Source of the DNA: Octopus sinensis
Taxonomy: Eukaryota
Reading direction: 5' to 3'
DNA: 64,000 nucleotides
NCBI RefSeq assembly: GCF_006345805.1
Contig: NC_043001.1
Span: forward strand, 70,370,001-70,434,000
Position numbers and translations under genes: made by a program. This document shows positions 13,759 to 27,500 of this stretch, in pieces; within the stretch, counting starts at the first letter, position 1; each line of letters begins with the position of its first letter. A model generated the notes under the pieces. It searched no databases. It worked only from the letters and a program-made list of their open reading frames with translations, and was not told the DNA's origin.

Positions 13759-14422
13759 AATGTATATATATGTATGTATGTATGTATGTTTGTATGTATG
13801 TATGTATGTATGTATGTATATATATATATGATTTTTTTCTGTTTGGCTGCCACTTCCCAATCGCTACAGTTTTTGTTCCAATTGATTTTATTTTTAATGT
13901 AATGGTTTAGTTTGGTATGTTAATCATTGCCATGAAATTTATTTTTGCCATAAATCAATAAATACAGAGTTAATAGATTTGCAAATTTTGGTTCATTTTA
14001 GCCGCTCGAAATCCACAGACATATAAGTGCCTCTTTCCATAGTTACAAGCCAAGCTGTAAGCAAGCTTCTTACCTACACGATAATTTTTCGATTATTAAA
14101 TGCTTAAAACACACGAGTTATGAGGTGGCCGTGAGATGTGCTAAATGTTATAGCTAAATAGACCTTAAATCACACAACAATTGTTTTTTCTTTTGGTCTT
14201 TATATAATCGCATGAATTCTAGTGTATAGAATTCACAAAATTTTCTGAAAATTCCAGAAAATAGAAAATGAAGGATATGAAGAGTTGTTTGGTAGAATTC
14301 CGCCAATATCTCATTTGCTTACAGTTGACAACACATGCAGTTACACACAGCATGAGTTTCCAAATACTGTTTTCTGACTGGGTAAAAAGTATCAGATTTT
14401 AAAACTCTAATTTTTAAAGAAG

Positions 14423-14697
14423 TGATTTTAAATTCTCAAACGCAAGATAATGCTAATAATATAGCCTGAACAGGATAAGCTACCCCTATTTTGCAGACAA
14501 AAGTGTTGGCGGCCGGCTATGGGACATCGGTGTTGGCGGTTTAGCTTAATGGTTCAGAGCACCGCGATGCCTATTCATGGAGATGTGAGTTCGAGTCTCA
14601 TAGCCAGCATCCGAAACTTTTGTCTGCAAAATAGGGGTAGCTTATCCTGTTCAGGCTATATTATTATAATTATCCGGTGTTTGAGAATTTAAAATCA
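14423..14697. repeat. Long hairpin (51-bp perfect core) enclosing a tRNA-like sequence
   Basis: 14454-14504 is the exact reverse complement of 14616-14666, with imperfect extensions on both sides. Confidence 0.9.
14535..14609 (+). pseudogene. tRNA-like sequence (tRNA pseudogene or SINE head)
   Basis: D arm GCTT-AATGGTTCA-GAGC and T arm GTGAG-TTCGAGT-CTCAT are present. The acceptor and anticodon stems are mismatched. Confidence 0.65.
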
Positions 14698-14947
14698 TTT
14701 CGTTAACTTTCTAAGACATCTCAACGCTTCTACAGCAACATTCGTGTCTTTGTTTATGTTCATCGTAATTTGAATCTTTCTGTAACTTTTCTTTTAAAAC
14801 TTCCTGGAATAATAAATTAACCCTTGAGATTCATTGTAAAAAATTACATCAATTCATCTCATTTGAAATTTTTGACTAAACTTGAAAATTTCCACAAGTA
14901 GAGCCAAATGGAAAAGATTTTGTAAAAGCATAGATGCACACACACAT

Positions 14948-15017
<70 letters not shown>

Positions 15018-15292
15018 CATACTTTATTAATACAGTGTCCGATAATCGGGAGCGTGAAAATCTGAGTAATAATTTTGTGATGTTTTGCGGCTTTATTATT
15101 CTTTTCTACTATAGGCAAAAGGCCTGAAATTTGGGGCAGGAGGATAGTCGATTACAACGACCTCGGTACTCAACTGGTAATTAATTTATCGAACCTGAAG
15201 AATGGAAGGCAAAGTTGAATGAAAGGCATATTACTCCCAATATTCGAGTACTATTTTTTCCACCTTGTTTCACATATATGTGCTTAGTCTGG

Positions 15293-15323
<31 letters not shown>

Positions 15324-15332
15324 TATATATAT

Positions 15333-15407
<75 letters not shown>

Positions 15408-16381
15408 ATATAATATATATATATCCATATATATATATATATATATATATGTACATATACATGTACGTTCATATTTATACACATATACATGCATACTTAC
15501 ATTTATATATGAAAAATCAGAAAATGGAGGGCACCTTGGAAATTGTAGAACACGTTAAAAGAATTATTTAATAAAATGAGAATTTTAAAACACACACACG
15601 CACGTAAAGAATGTATGCGTTCACACGCATGCATAGATTCACGTAACTGCTTTTCTATTTCATGGCTAAAGGAATTGCATTACTAGACCTACCCTGCTTC
15701 ATTTACCCTCTAAGTAGTATTCCTTTTATTTCCACTTAATGACTTCTGTAAACACATTCAACTGATTGCACATTTTATTCAAGGCGACCTACCCTCTAGT
15801 CATATTTTCATTGGTCATTCGATAATGATTTTGTTTTGTCTTGTTCGTTTTTGCAAATCACCGTGTTTATGGATGAGTACGTTTGCGCGTGTGTCTATGT
15901 GAAAATAATATATAAAATACATTAGAGTGAATATGTTTGTGCTTGTGTGTATATGCTATAATATATATAAATGAAGCCTATTTCACTATATAGCAGACAC
16001 GTAATTGATATAAATCACAAATTCAATAGTTTATCTGATCTTACCTTTTTACTAAACAGTCAAATATCTTTGATATATGGTGCGATAAATTGATAGTGGA
16101 AGACACTTCCTTTTTATATCATAGTAGAGACGATAGATGCTTGTCTGCACTAAAGGCAATATATCTACAACACATTAATGTGTTAGAAATCTTATTGCAC
16201 ATTAGCGTATGATAAAAATTGTCTGTTCTTGTATATATGAATTATTTAAAGTAGGGACTTCATATGCTTAAAGAAGTTACCTCTGGAAAGATTATCATGA
16301 CCTTCTCAATTGGTATATCTAAACAAGCACACATGCACACATACATATATGCATATGTGTATCTATATATGTGTATGTGAG

Positions 16382-16680
16382 TGCGCGTTGCATAGTGGTT
16401 AAGATGTTGCACTCACGATCGCGAAATCGTGGTTTCTGTTCAAGGAGCGGATGGTGTGTTGCGTTTCTTCAGCAAAATACTTCGTCTCACGTTGCTCTCT
16501 GACCACGTCGACTCCATACGTATAGTACACTGTACACCTGTACAAGCAATGTCGATTTGTTGAAAGCAAAGTGCTAATGTCCAGTGCAAACTTTTGATTA
16601 CTATATACAAACCATTTTTGTATGTTGTTCAGCAAGTATTTGCAGAACCGTCTCCCTCGGATCGAGCGACTACCATTATC
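16382..16680 (+). mobile_element. Degenerate tRNA-derived CORE-type SINE
   Basis: A-box-like catagtggttaag, B-box-like ggtttctgttc, and CORE-like cttcagcaaaatacttc. Confidence 0.65.
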
Positions 16681-18441
16681 TCATATCATATCTGTGAGGG
16701 GTGTAGTATTTAGAAGTTTAAACCAATTGTAAAGAATACCCAAAGTAAGATTCCTATTTGAGCACTTAAGTTGGTCCAAAGCCATCGAAATTAATGCAAA
16801 GATTTCACATTAAAAGCAAACTAGAGTATTTGCTTCTTGGAAAGGAAAGTTTTGATATGTGAACAACAGTCAGCAATTTCTCAGCAATTCCTAGTTGAAG
16901 TTGGAAAAAAAATTGCAGATTTTTATATTTGTATATATATCATTGGACTCGGAATGTAATACGTCATCTTACTGTTAGAATGCTTATATGGAAGCAACAC
17001 TTGGATTTTTATATGTTTAACAATAAAACTATTGACACCAAAGGGAAATAACTATTCTCATAAAACAAAATGTCACTGCCGTATTCAGCTGCCACGCAGA
17101 TTGAAACAAATGGAAACGAAATTATATTTTTGAAGCGAAAGACTATACCAAATAAAAAAAAAATCCATCCGATATTTTTTCTTTCCTGTTTTTCATTGTA
17201 TTTATTTATTTATTCATTTTTGTTCTGTTCCATGTTAAAGATTAGATCGATGAAGATGGCGCATTTTTATTGAGTAAAAAATGTGTGGAATAGGCAGGGA
17301 CTCAGGTGGTTCAAGAACGGAAATGTGTTCGCTGGTATGAGATATGTTCAGACAACTTGGACAGTGTCAAAAATCATCTGATACAAAAGAATACAGTTAC
17401 TGCCATAATTCTACAGAGAAATCAGTTTAGAGATGAACAAATGGATGATTCATGGAAAAACTCATTCGAGTATGTTGGCAATGTGTGTTTCGTGATTTTG
17501 AAATATTGGGCGGGGGGATCCAGTAAAAGTTGCAAAATCATTCAGGAAAAATTGAGTATTCCAAATACGATATTTATTTTGTAGCCAACGGGGAGAACGG
17601 TAAAGTAGTAGAAATTCCAAAGAAGTGAGGTATTTCAACAATTCAGATCCATACAAAAATTGCTTTTGATTAATGACGAGCAATATTGACAGCAAAGTTA
17701 TAACAGATTTTAAAATTTAATCATACTTTTTTTAATACCTTATATTATAGGTTTTAAATATAATTAACTTTGAAATAAAATATATAAAACATGATTTTAA
17801 TGTTGGTTTGAGCTTACAGGCGCTTATCTATTTTTTAAATTGTTTATATAACTTTTTTCATGCAATAATTTCTAAGAGCTTTAAGAATAATAGTGACAAC
17901 ATCTTTGGGTTTACTTTTAATGAAGTAATTATCATGTTGTGAACTATATATGATCATATTTCTCTATAGGTCAGTGTTAGGCAAACATTTGTCACGTACG
18001 AAACATACTGTGCACATTAATTAAACCTTAAGCCAAATATTATTTTTTAAATACACATAATAACCTCTATTTCTGTACTTATGAACATTACATTGTGCTA
18101 TTCATGAACCTGCACATAAATTGTTATTGTATGACAGGTCGGATAACTGAAGTTGTATTTCATACTGTCTTTACGCTTAACGTATCTACTTTTGGGGGGA
18201 AAAAACTATATATTCAAAATGCGGGAAGAGAGCAGGAAAAATTCAGGCTACATACGGTTCCTAGCTAGTGAATCCTCAGAAGTAATAATTACTTAGCGCT
18301 GGATACTCTACTAGCAACTCATCAGGCCGAAGAAAACTTGTATAATATACACACACACACACACACAAAACATGCACACAGACACAAAGACACGAACATG
18401 CGCATGTGTGTGGGCATGCGCGCGCACACACACACATATAT

Positions 18442-18472
<31 letters not shown>

Positions 18473-18479
18473 CACGCAC

Positions 18480-18541
<62 letters not shown>

Positions 18542-18978
18542 TCAGACAGACAGTCAGACAGACAGTCAGACAGACAGACAGATAGGCAGACAGAGCTACT
18601 AATAGTTTCATGCATTGAAGATATTAAATAGTGAGGTATAAAGCACGCCTAGTGCTTCAAATAGTTTTAGGTTCTGGGCACATGGAGTATACGAGTTACA
18701 AATCAGGATAATACAACAACTGACATCAGGAGAAACGACGAGAAGAATATGGGTTGAAAGAATGAGGAGGTCTAAAAAAGACGAAACCCATCTTCATCTT
18801 TTTTTCTTATGGTTTCTCTTGTTCTATTATCTTGAATTCTAAATCGTATTTGCCGTATGCCCAATGCCTAAATATTATTTGGCGAGAGTAGGCGTGTTTT
18901 AAAACCAGCCTAGATAATATCTTCAATGTATAAAATTATCAGCTCATACTTATATACTGTATGTATTGAAAATATATA

Positions 18979-20241
18979 TTAGGTCGTCAAATATGAAATT
19001 TGTAGTAAGGTATATGATAAAACTTGACAGCTGCTCATTTTGCGTTATTATTATATTTTGACAATCTTTGTTTTTTGTTAGAAAGCTGACACATCTATTT
19101 CTTTATTCTAACCCATTTTCCGCTTTACAAAGTATTTATAAATCACTTTTTCTATTTTTATTTAGAGATGGATAAGTTGAAAATTCGTACAGTTTTGAAT
19201 GATGAGTTCTTTCTTGGAAATACAGCATCACAGACAGCTCGGAATATTGACGGGACGGAGTATTTTATTCTATTGTTATTACGTAGCAGACAGAATCAAA
19301 TTGGTTTGAAAAAGTTTCTTCAGGTAACTTTGACCTCACAAATGAGCAACGCGGTCGACCAGAAACAAAGGTGGATAATGACGAACTGAAACCTACCATC
19401 GAATTAGATCCATCTCAAGGTGCCCGTGAATTATCGCTGTTATTTGGTGTTAGCAAGCAAACAATATTGAATCACCTTGTTCAAATCGGTTAAAGTGAAA
19501 ATGTTGGATAAGTGGGTTCCACATGAACTCAATGAAAATGAGAAACAGCAACGTTTAGAAAGTCTGCATTATGCTACGTTCTCTTCTCAAAAATGAATTA
19601 TTTTTTAATCGAATTGTAACCTGTGATGAGAAATGAATGCAATACAACAACCGTAAACGATCTGCACAACGGTTGGACAACGACGAGCCACCAAAACAGT
19701 CCCAAAACCAAAATTCATCAAAAAGTATCTGATTGTGTAGGTTTGGTGGACTGGCGCAGGTGTGATCCATTATGATTTCATTAAATCTGGATCATCATTC
19801 ACGGCCGAAGTACACTGCAGCCAACTGGACCAAATGATGCAGAAACTTACAAAACCAGCCTAGATTAGTCAACAGATCCACTCCTATTTTATCGCAAGGC
19901 AAATCAAAACCACACATCGCAAAAATGAAACTAGCGAAACTACAGAAATTGGAGTTGGAAGTTCTCCCTCACCCACCATACTCACCTGATCTTGCCCCCA
20001 TTGACCACTACTTCTTCCAGAATTTGGATAACTTTTTATACAAAAAACATTTAATTCTGACGATGCTGTAAAACAATCCTGTCAGAAAATCACAGTTCCA
20101 AGCTAGACAATCTACCGCTGAAATGGCAAAAGTATATTGACAATATGGGTGCATACTTTGTGGAATAAAATTATCCTTTGTACTTATAAAACATTAGCAA
20201 ACTTTGTATTCTTTTCTACAAATTTCATACTTCACATGATA
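18979..20241 (+). mobile_element. Near full-length mariner transposon fossil
   Basis: MDKLKIR.., WVPHEL, RIVTCDEK and PHPPYSPDLAP motifs. The TIRs are aatatgaaatttgtag (~18989-19005) and ctacaaatttcatact (20216-20231). Length is ~1.26 kb. Confidence 0.92.
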
Positions 20242-21251
20242 TGTACATACACACACACACACTCACATATATATATAAGGATAAGATCGTTAATTTAAGT
20301 ATCGATCCTATCAAGTGGCCAGCATGGGAATAAACACCTTCAAAGGTAATAATTATTAATAAAATTATTATGTAGAGTATCTAAGAGATACCATCACGCT
20401 GGAAATAGCAGACAAAATTTGACTCTAAAACCACATTAAATGTTCATACACCACTAGGAACGAAGACAAAAGGACAAAATAGACTAGCAAAAAATTACTG
20501 GATAATTCCAGAACCCGGATTTCTGGCTCTAAATAAGAAACGCTTTCCACATACAGGACCAGAAGGCACTGCAATTCTAGAGTCACGGGCAGCGAGACAC
20601 GTACGGGTTAGTAAGTGAAATGATGCATTATTTCTTATGCACAATATCTAGATGGCAACGAAGTGCAGACAACTAACAAGATGGATACTAAGGTCCTTGA
20701 AAATAAGAGACTAAGATGTCATGTTCACATTTGAGAAGACATTTGTCCTCAGCCAGTTGCATTAATGCTCTTTGCTGTAGTTACCATATAGCATGAAGCT
20801 AAAAGAGGAGCTTGTAGCGGTACGATGTCAATACACTAAAAAGATTAGAACAATATAGCTGATGAAGTACAGGGAAAAACTAAACTGCCTCTGTGAGTGT
20901 GCGTATGTAACTTGACACCGCTTAACAGCATTGTTTACTTGTTTACCCCACCTCATAAATTAGTGGTTTACCAAAATGCACTGAGAGAGTGAATACGAAG
21001 CTTTAAAACATGGGGTTCGGTTTCATTGCTTCGACTAAACACTTCAAGGCAGTGCCCCAACATAGCTGCAGTCAAATGACTGCAACAAGCAAAAGAGAGA
21101 ATATGTGTGATCTCACAAACACACGCACGCGCACAAAAGCACATTCACACACACTCACACATACACACACACGCACACACACATGCACACACGAATATGT
21201 ATCACACACACACACACATACATACATTAAAACTCGCCAAGAAAAATTTTG

Positions 21252-21315
21252 AAACACCTGATGAATGACTGCGACCTAAAAATTTGATGACAGCAGCCAG
21301 GAAACGATCGTAGTG
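21252..21315 (+). ncRNA. Candidate minimal type-I hammerhead ribozyme
   Basis: cac-CTGATGA-a-TGACTGC..GCAGCCA-g-GAAAC-GATC-GTA-gtg. The core is intact and stem III is palindromic (ACGATCGT). Confidence 0.7.
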
Positions 21316-21443
21316 GATATTAATTATATTTTTTTAATAATTGTTACATATTTAAATAATATAAATTAATTTATGTATTGGCTTAAGTCTTTCATTGTTT
21401 GATTTGCCTAATAGTGGTTTTGTCTCTAATTTAATATAATATA

Positions 21444-21825
21444 TCTCTCTCTATATAAACGGCAGTTTGTCTGTGCGTGTTTCTGTGTGTCTGTTTGCTT
21501 GTACCCTCACCCTGACCACGGCTTTCAACCGATTCTGATGAAACTTGACACACACATAGCCCAATGTCATAATTCAAAACTAACGCAGCGAAAATTTTGA
21601 AAAGTTCCCCCAGTTCTGAAAAAAATCGATAAATTCGACATGGGGTCGAGAATCAGAAACACAAACCGCAAACTGTCTAGGGGACGTAACTCGACCTTTT
21701 TCACTCTAAAAAAAAATTTACCATCATTTTTTCCCATTTTTTGCTATTTTTTGGCTATAACTCTCTAAAAATGCTTTATAGTTATTTCCCTTACAAACCC
21801 GAGCAACGCCGGGCAATACTGCTAG
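21444..21825 (+). mobile_element. Non-autonomous Helitron
   Basis: A|TC 5' end, a tgtctgt motif, 3' hairpin CCCGAGCAACGCCGGG, and CTAG|T terminus. Confidence 0.85.
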
Positions 21826-21866
21826 TATATATATATATATATATATAATATATATATATACTAGCA

Positions 21867-21898
<32 letters not shown>

Positions 21899-21912
21899 GT
21901 ATATATATGTAT

Positions 21913-21968
<56 letters not shown>

Positions 21969-23242
21969 GAAGCAGTTGTCATCAAGACGTGTATATGACT
22001 CACTCATCGATTTTAGGTGTATATGTAGTTCAGAGCAGACAGACAGACATACTCCCTTGAAAGCAATAAACCTTGACCTAGCTGAGCACTAACTGCTATA
22101 AGTAACATGTGTGCATATATACACCATAAAGAGTGCTTGAACATGTGTGTATGTATACACACACACGCACATACATATATATATACATAAACACACACAT
22201 ATATATATACATGCATGTTTCTCTACGTTTAGATGCATATTTATGCGGGTGTGTCTGTGTGTATGCATCTTTTTTCGTGTGTGCATGAATGTGTATGTGT
22301 GCGTGTTTGTGTGTGTAGTGTATGATCAATGTGTGATTAAGTTCGTACATATGCACATGTTGCGAATGAAAACCTAGTTTCGCTAAAACTATATTTAAGA
22401 TTTACTTGTCATCGCGGCGAGAGACTGGAAATGAAAGACAAAAAAGATGGAGATCATCGATTTTCCGTTGAATTTCCGTCGTATCGAAGATTACATTTAC
22501 CAAATTAGTTCTGATGTACGGCAAATTTTTCTTGCTATGTAGCATGAACTTCACCAAGTAATTTTAACGGACAACGAATATGTGTGCCTCTCACTGGTTT
22601 GCCTATATATATATTTAATGTTGTACATGAACACAGTATTCAAATTGGAAGTAATTATGATATATCTATTCTTGTATGATATCTATGTTAAACGTGAGTG
22701 TTACCAGTCTTTTGAAGAGTAACTTCGAAAGGGTGTGTGTGCACACCACAACTAATATCAGGAATTATGGCTTACATAAATTAATTAAATCGTATATTTT
22801 ATCTACTACTTATTTCAGACGTTAAGCTGCGGTCATACTTGGGCACCGTCTTGAAAATTATAGCTAACTTTTATCAACATTTTTCGTGACTACCCAAAAT
22901 GATGAAATGAATACTAATTTTCAAAAGAGAAATACTTCTTACTTTAAAATATAATCAATTTTAAGATATCTTTCATTCGTATAACTTACCATATTACACC
23001 GTCATTTACTAACTCACCCCGATACCTCTCTCTCTATGTAGTAATAGTGTTCATCTTGCACCTCTTTTGATAACTATTTCCACATCTCACTTTTAATGTT
23101 TCTAAAGCGGAATTGGAGATATCAACTGGCGAACCACCATATATATATATCGGTTATTATTATACAATCATTATTTTATGATATTTAAATGCACAAATGT
23201 ACAGAGTATCTATTTATCTCACTGTCTATCTATCTATTTATC

Positions 23243-23340
23243 TATTGGGTTGGCAACAAAGTTCCCGCCGTTTTTTCAAATTTTGGAATTTATTACGTTT
23301 ATAAATTTTGGAATCTACTTTTTTCGAGAATTCCATTTTT
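23243..23340 (+). mobile_element. mariner-type terminal fragment
   Basis: TATTGGGTTGGCAACAAAGTT resembles mariner TIRs that begin TA-TTGGGTTG. Confidence 0.4.
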
Positions 23341-23408
23341 TAATCATTATATACATGTATATATACATACATATATGTGTGTATGTGTGTGTATGTGTGT
23401 GTGGGGGG

Positions 23409-23656
23409 GAGGCGCGTGGCTTAGTGGTTAGGGTGTCAGTATTATGGTCGTAAGATTGTGGTTTCGATTCCTGGACCGGGCAACATGTTGTGTTATTGAG
23501 CAAAACACTTCATTTCACGTTACTCCAGTCCACTCAGCTGGCAAAAATGAGTAATGCTGCGATGGACTGGCGTCACGTCCAGCTGGGGAACACATACACC
23601 ATAGAAACCGGAAAACCGGGCCCATGAGCCTGGCTAGGCTTTAAAAAAAGGGCGCG
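23409..23656 (+). mobile_element. tRNA-derived CORE-SINE
   Basis: A box TGGCTTAGTGG, B box GGTTTCGATTCC, and CORE-like ttgagcaaaacacttcatttcacg..cagctggcaaaaatgagta. Confidence 0.85.
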
Positions 23657-23660
23657 TATA

Positions 23661-23751
<91 letters not shown>

Positions 23752-24235
23752 ATATATATATACATGTTCATAGACCTTCAAAACCTACTTTTGTCGGCCC
23801 TAAATAGTTTCATGTGGCGTTAATTAATATACTCATCATTAAAACACGATTGGCGAAACGACCGACGTAGAGACACAGAGTCGTGCAGACAGTTGATATC
23901 TTGGCAATATGTTGTTGCAAGGTACATAATCCATGCCACATACCGTGGTTGTCCTGATATAAAGGTCAGCTCAATTCTCTCCTATATTTAATCTGTGTAT
24001 AATTTATATTATCAAATATGGAATAATCAACTCCCAGCGAGCTCTCACACACATCATTCAGAATTGCTTGTGTGTTATTTTGTTATAAAAATAGAGTTTA
24101 ATATTTATTTCAAAGGAACTCAGACTCTAAGCAATATATTCTAAGTCTACATATTCAGCTTCAATGACCAGTGTTTTCATGTACCTAGAAATCATGAGAT
24201 ATGGGAAACTCTTTACATTTAAGGATTTATCCTTG

Positions 24236-24286
<51 letters not shown>

Positions 24287-24370
24287 ATAATATATATATA
24301 TATACATACATACATATATATTTGTGTATGTATCTGTATATATATATATATAAACATATATTTATATATA

Positions 24371-24425
<55 letters not shown>

Positions 24426-24434
24426 TATATATAC

Positions 24435-25106
24435 ATATTGTTATATTTCGGAATGGTCATATTGCCAGTTTAGCCAATAAAAACACACGCACTATATATT
24501 TGGTGTTATTTTGCTTCAGTGATATTTATTTTTTACATAATCTTAATCTTATTTCGGCCAAAGTTCTTTCGTCACACTCCTGTGACCGCATCAGTGGTCC
24601 TTTGTTTTCTTCTCACTTACTTGTGTCTCTCCTTACTAACCGTCAGCCATTTTGTATTTCTATTGTATGTCTTCATTTGCGCATGCTTATATCTCTATGT
24701 GCGTCTATGTTTATTTAGTGTGTGTGGGGGGGAATGCCTGTAATATTTGTATCTTCTGGTTATATACATTCTTGTATATAACCAGAAGATACAAATATTA
24801 CAGGCATCCCCCCCACACACACTAAATAAACATAGACGCACATAGAGATATAAGCATGCGCAAATGAAGACATACAATAGAAATACAAAATGGCTGACGG
24901 TTAGTAAGGAGAGACACAAGTAAGTGAGAAGAAAACAAAGGACCACTGATGCGGTCACAGGAGTGTGACGAAAGAACTTTGGCCGAAATAAGATTAAGAT
25001 TAATGTAAAAAATAAATATCACTGAAGCAAAATAACACCAAATATATAGTGCGTGTGTTTTTATTGGCTAAACTGGCAATATGACCATTCCGAAATATAA
25101 CAATAT
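24435..25106. repeat. Near-perfect 672-bp palindrome (334-bp arms, 4-nt loop TTCT)
   Basis: The left arm (24435-24768) and right arm (24773-25106) differ by only two 1-nt indels as read by eye. The arm end recurs at 56785-56827. Confidence 0.95.
24940..24984 (+). ncRNA. Hammerhead-like motif (A9 altered), mirrored on the minus strand at 24556-24600
   Basis: gacca-CTGATGC-g-GTCACA-ggag-TGTGAC-GAAAG-aa-CTT-tggcc. Confidence 0.5.
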
Positions 25107-25203
25107 CTGTTTCAACACACGACTTCACATAAAAAATCTTGCACAACAAATATTTAAACGTATATATACATATATATATTATATATATATATAATATATA
25201 TAT

Positions 25204-25261
<58 letters not shown>

Positions 25262-25329
25262 GGGCCACCATCGTGCGGTTTCCTGCTAGACTCTTTATAA
25301 TATTTTCACATTTGATTCCCAATTGTAAT

Positions 25330-26030
25330 AATTTTTATATTTTACGTCTAATTATTTCTTTTTATAATACTGCTCACTTCCTTAGTAAATATTGCTTTCT
25401 TTATTTTATCACACCCATAATCTTTCTTTTTTAAACAAATATAAAGGTAGTCCAACTACAATAGGGTGGGGCAATGTGTTAAGTTTTACCTTCTCAAAGC
25501 AACGTAGAGAATTTAATTCACCAGCCTTTCTATAAGCTTTGCAATATGTACAAACATTGTCAAAGATACTCCTTGCATTACGTACAAAAAACAGGACAGC
25601 CAGATGTTGAAAATTATCGAAACTGGCTTCATCGCTAATCTATTAACGAATTTCTTCCTAGTTTGAAAATATTTTAGTCCGTACTCCTACTGTAAATATT
25701 CGGTTTCGTCTCTCAGTACCCTGTTTGTTGACACTGGTGTTTCTGCTAGTATTTCAATGAAGTTTGGAAGGCTTCTCATTTGATACTAATTATCAATAAG
25801 CGGCTGAACAGTTACAGATGGTAAAAGCTGTCTGATGGCTTATTTTGAAGTAGAATATTCTCCTCTCGAGTTACCCTAACAAATCGGTCATGTGTGACGG
25901 AAACAGAATCTCCTTGCATATTCAAATATTTGTTTCAGTCGCTTTGCCCTGGCTTTATCTGATTCAGTTGCCCGTCTTTCTATCTGCCGTCGTGCTTTTG
26001 CTGCTAAACGTTCTTTTTAGTCGCATATAT
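25330..26030 (-). mobile_element. Degenerate Helitron RepHel N-terminal fragment
   Basis: The minus strand gives ARRQIERRATESDKARAKRL and NVCTYCKAYRKAGELNSLRCFEKVKL, similar to the RepHel CxxCxA..E..CC..GKVxL zinc motif. Confidence 0.5.
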
Positions 26031-26163
26031 CTTGTTGGACGCCCCGTGCTTAAATACAAAATTCTAATAATTCTAATGTGATATTTGCGAAATAACGAAA
26101 TCGAACCTGAAGAGTGTGTGTGTGTGTGTGTTTATATTACAGAGACAGTGTGTGTGTATGTGT

Positions 26164-26197
<34 letters not shown>

Positions 26198-26894
26198 TGT
26201 GTGTGTGTGTGTGTGTTTATATTAGAGAGACAGTGTGTGTGTAAAAGAATTCAATAACAAAAGGAATTTCAGAAAGTAATTTTTCCTGAAAACTTCAATT
26301 TATGAAGTGATCTCACTTTCTTGGTAAATATTTGTTTCAGTAATTCATCGTTGTTTTAATACATCTCAAATTTAAAAAAGAAAACTTTAAGGTAACCCAA
26401 CTACGTTTCGCGTGCTATAAATAGCAGCGATTACTTAGTTATTGTGGCGTTCCAAACAGCATTATCGACAAAATCACTCCTTAATTAAAAGAAATATATA
26501 TATACCGGTATATTAAAAAAAATTGTTTTATGAAAAATATTCATTTAACAACGGGCTGTGTGTGTAGAGTAGAAAAAATATATCCGTTTAACAATTCCGG
26601 AAACTGATATTGTTCTTGAAATTATGCCTCGTTTCCTAAGCCTCAAAGTTAATCAGGTATTTTATCTACTAGCATTCATTCATTAAATAATTCCTTTACA
26701 TCATGTATGTAGAATAAACTGTGGGCTTTGCAAATAGCGAATTAAAACCTGAAATGAATACATATGAATTTTTACCCATGAAAACAGAGGTGAGAGAAAG
26801 TAAGAGAATGTTGCAAATGAAAGTTGAAAGTTTCACCTACAACGAAATAAAATTGTTTATTAAACATTAAAACCCACTCCGCAGTAAATTCCAC

Positions 26895-27500
26895 AAATAT
26901 TTAAATATGAAGCGTCGAAGACAATGGGTAGGGAAAGGAGAATCACCGGAACCTCAGGCTAATGTAGGTCTTCACCTAGGTAATGTGTTGTTATCTGTTT
27001 GGTGGGATATGAAAGGTTTAGTCCACTTTGAACTTTCAAACCCAAACCAAACGATAGCAAAGGAGATCTACTGCGAGCAGCTTGTTCGGCTTAAGTGAGC
27101 GCTAGAAGAAAAACGACCACTTTTGCTTTCAAACGAAAGTTGTCGTCCATCAGGATAATGCTCGGCCATATACAGCGAGCATGGCATTCCAAAGGTTTGA
27201 GCAGTTTGAATGAGAAATGATGCCCCACCCATCATATTCGCCGGACATTGCCCCATCTAATTACCAACTATTCCGCAGTCTTCGAAATCATTTGGACGGA
27301 AAAAATATGAATTCTGTAGACGAGATCAGAGCATTACTGGAGGAGTATATTTTCTCGTGGATTTTAGAAGAGGGGCCTTCCAAGTCTACCAGATGGAAAA
27401 GCATTGTAGAAAATGAAGGAGGTGATCTTTTAGATTTAAAAAAGAACTTCGTTTATCTTAATTTTGAAAAATAAAAGCATTATTTATGGGATGATCGAAT
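26895..27500 (+). mobile_element. mariner transposase, 3' half
   Basis: KRRRQWV..LHLGNVLLSVWWD, HQDNARP and PHPSYSPDIAPSNYQLF motifs. The terminus is gcattatttatgggatgatc. Confidence 0.9.

Noticed and set aside
14465-14626. Hammerhead formed from CTGAACA-GGAT..ATCC-GAAAC-TTTT-GTC
   Set aside because: G8 is missing, there is no stem I, and the long hairpin would outcompete the fold.
17280-17640. Possible Tc1-like HTH remnant (ORF 17306-17584)
   Set aside because: The similarity is too faint to support by eye.
20859-20885. CTGATGA..GAAA
   Set aside because: No stem II, stem III or cleavage triplet.
21535-21548. CTGATGAAAC in the Helitron (also CTGATGA at ~37897)
   Set aside because: There is no hammerhead topology around it.
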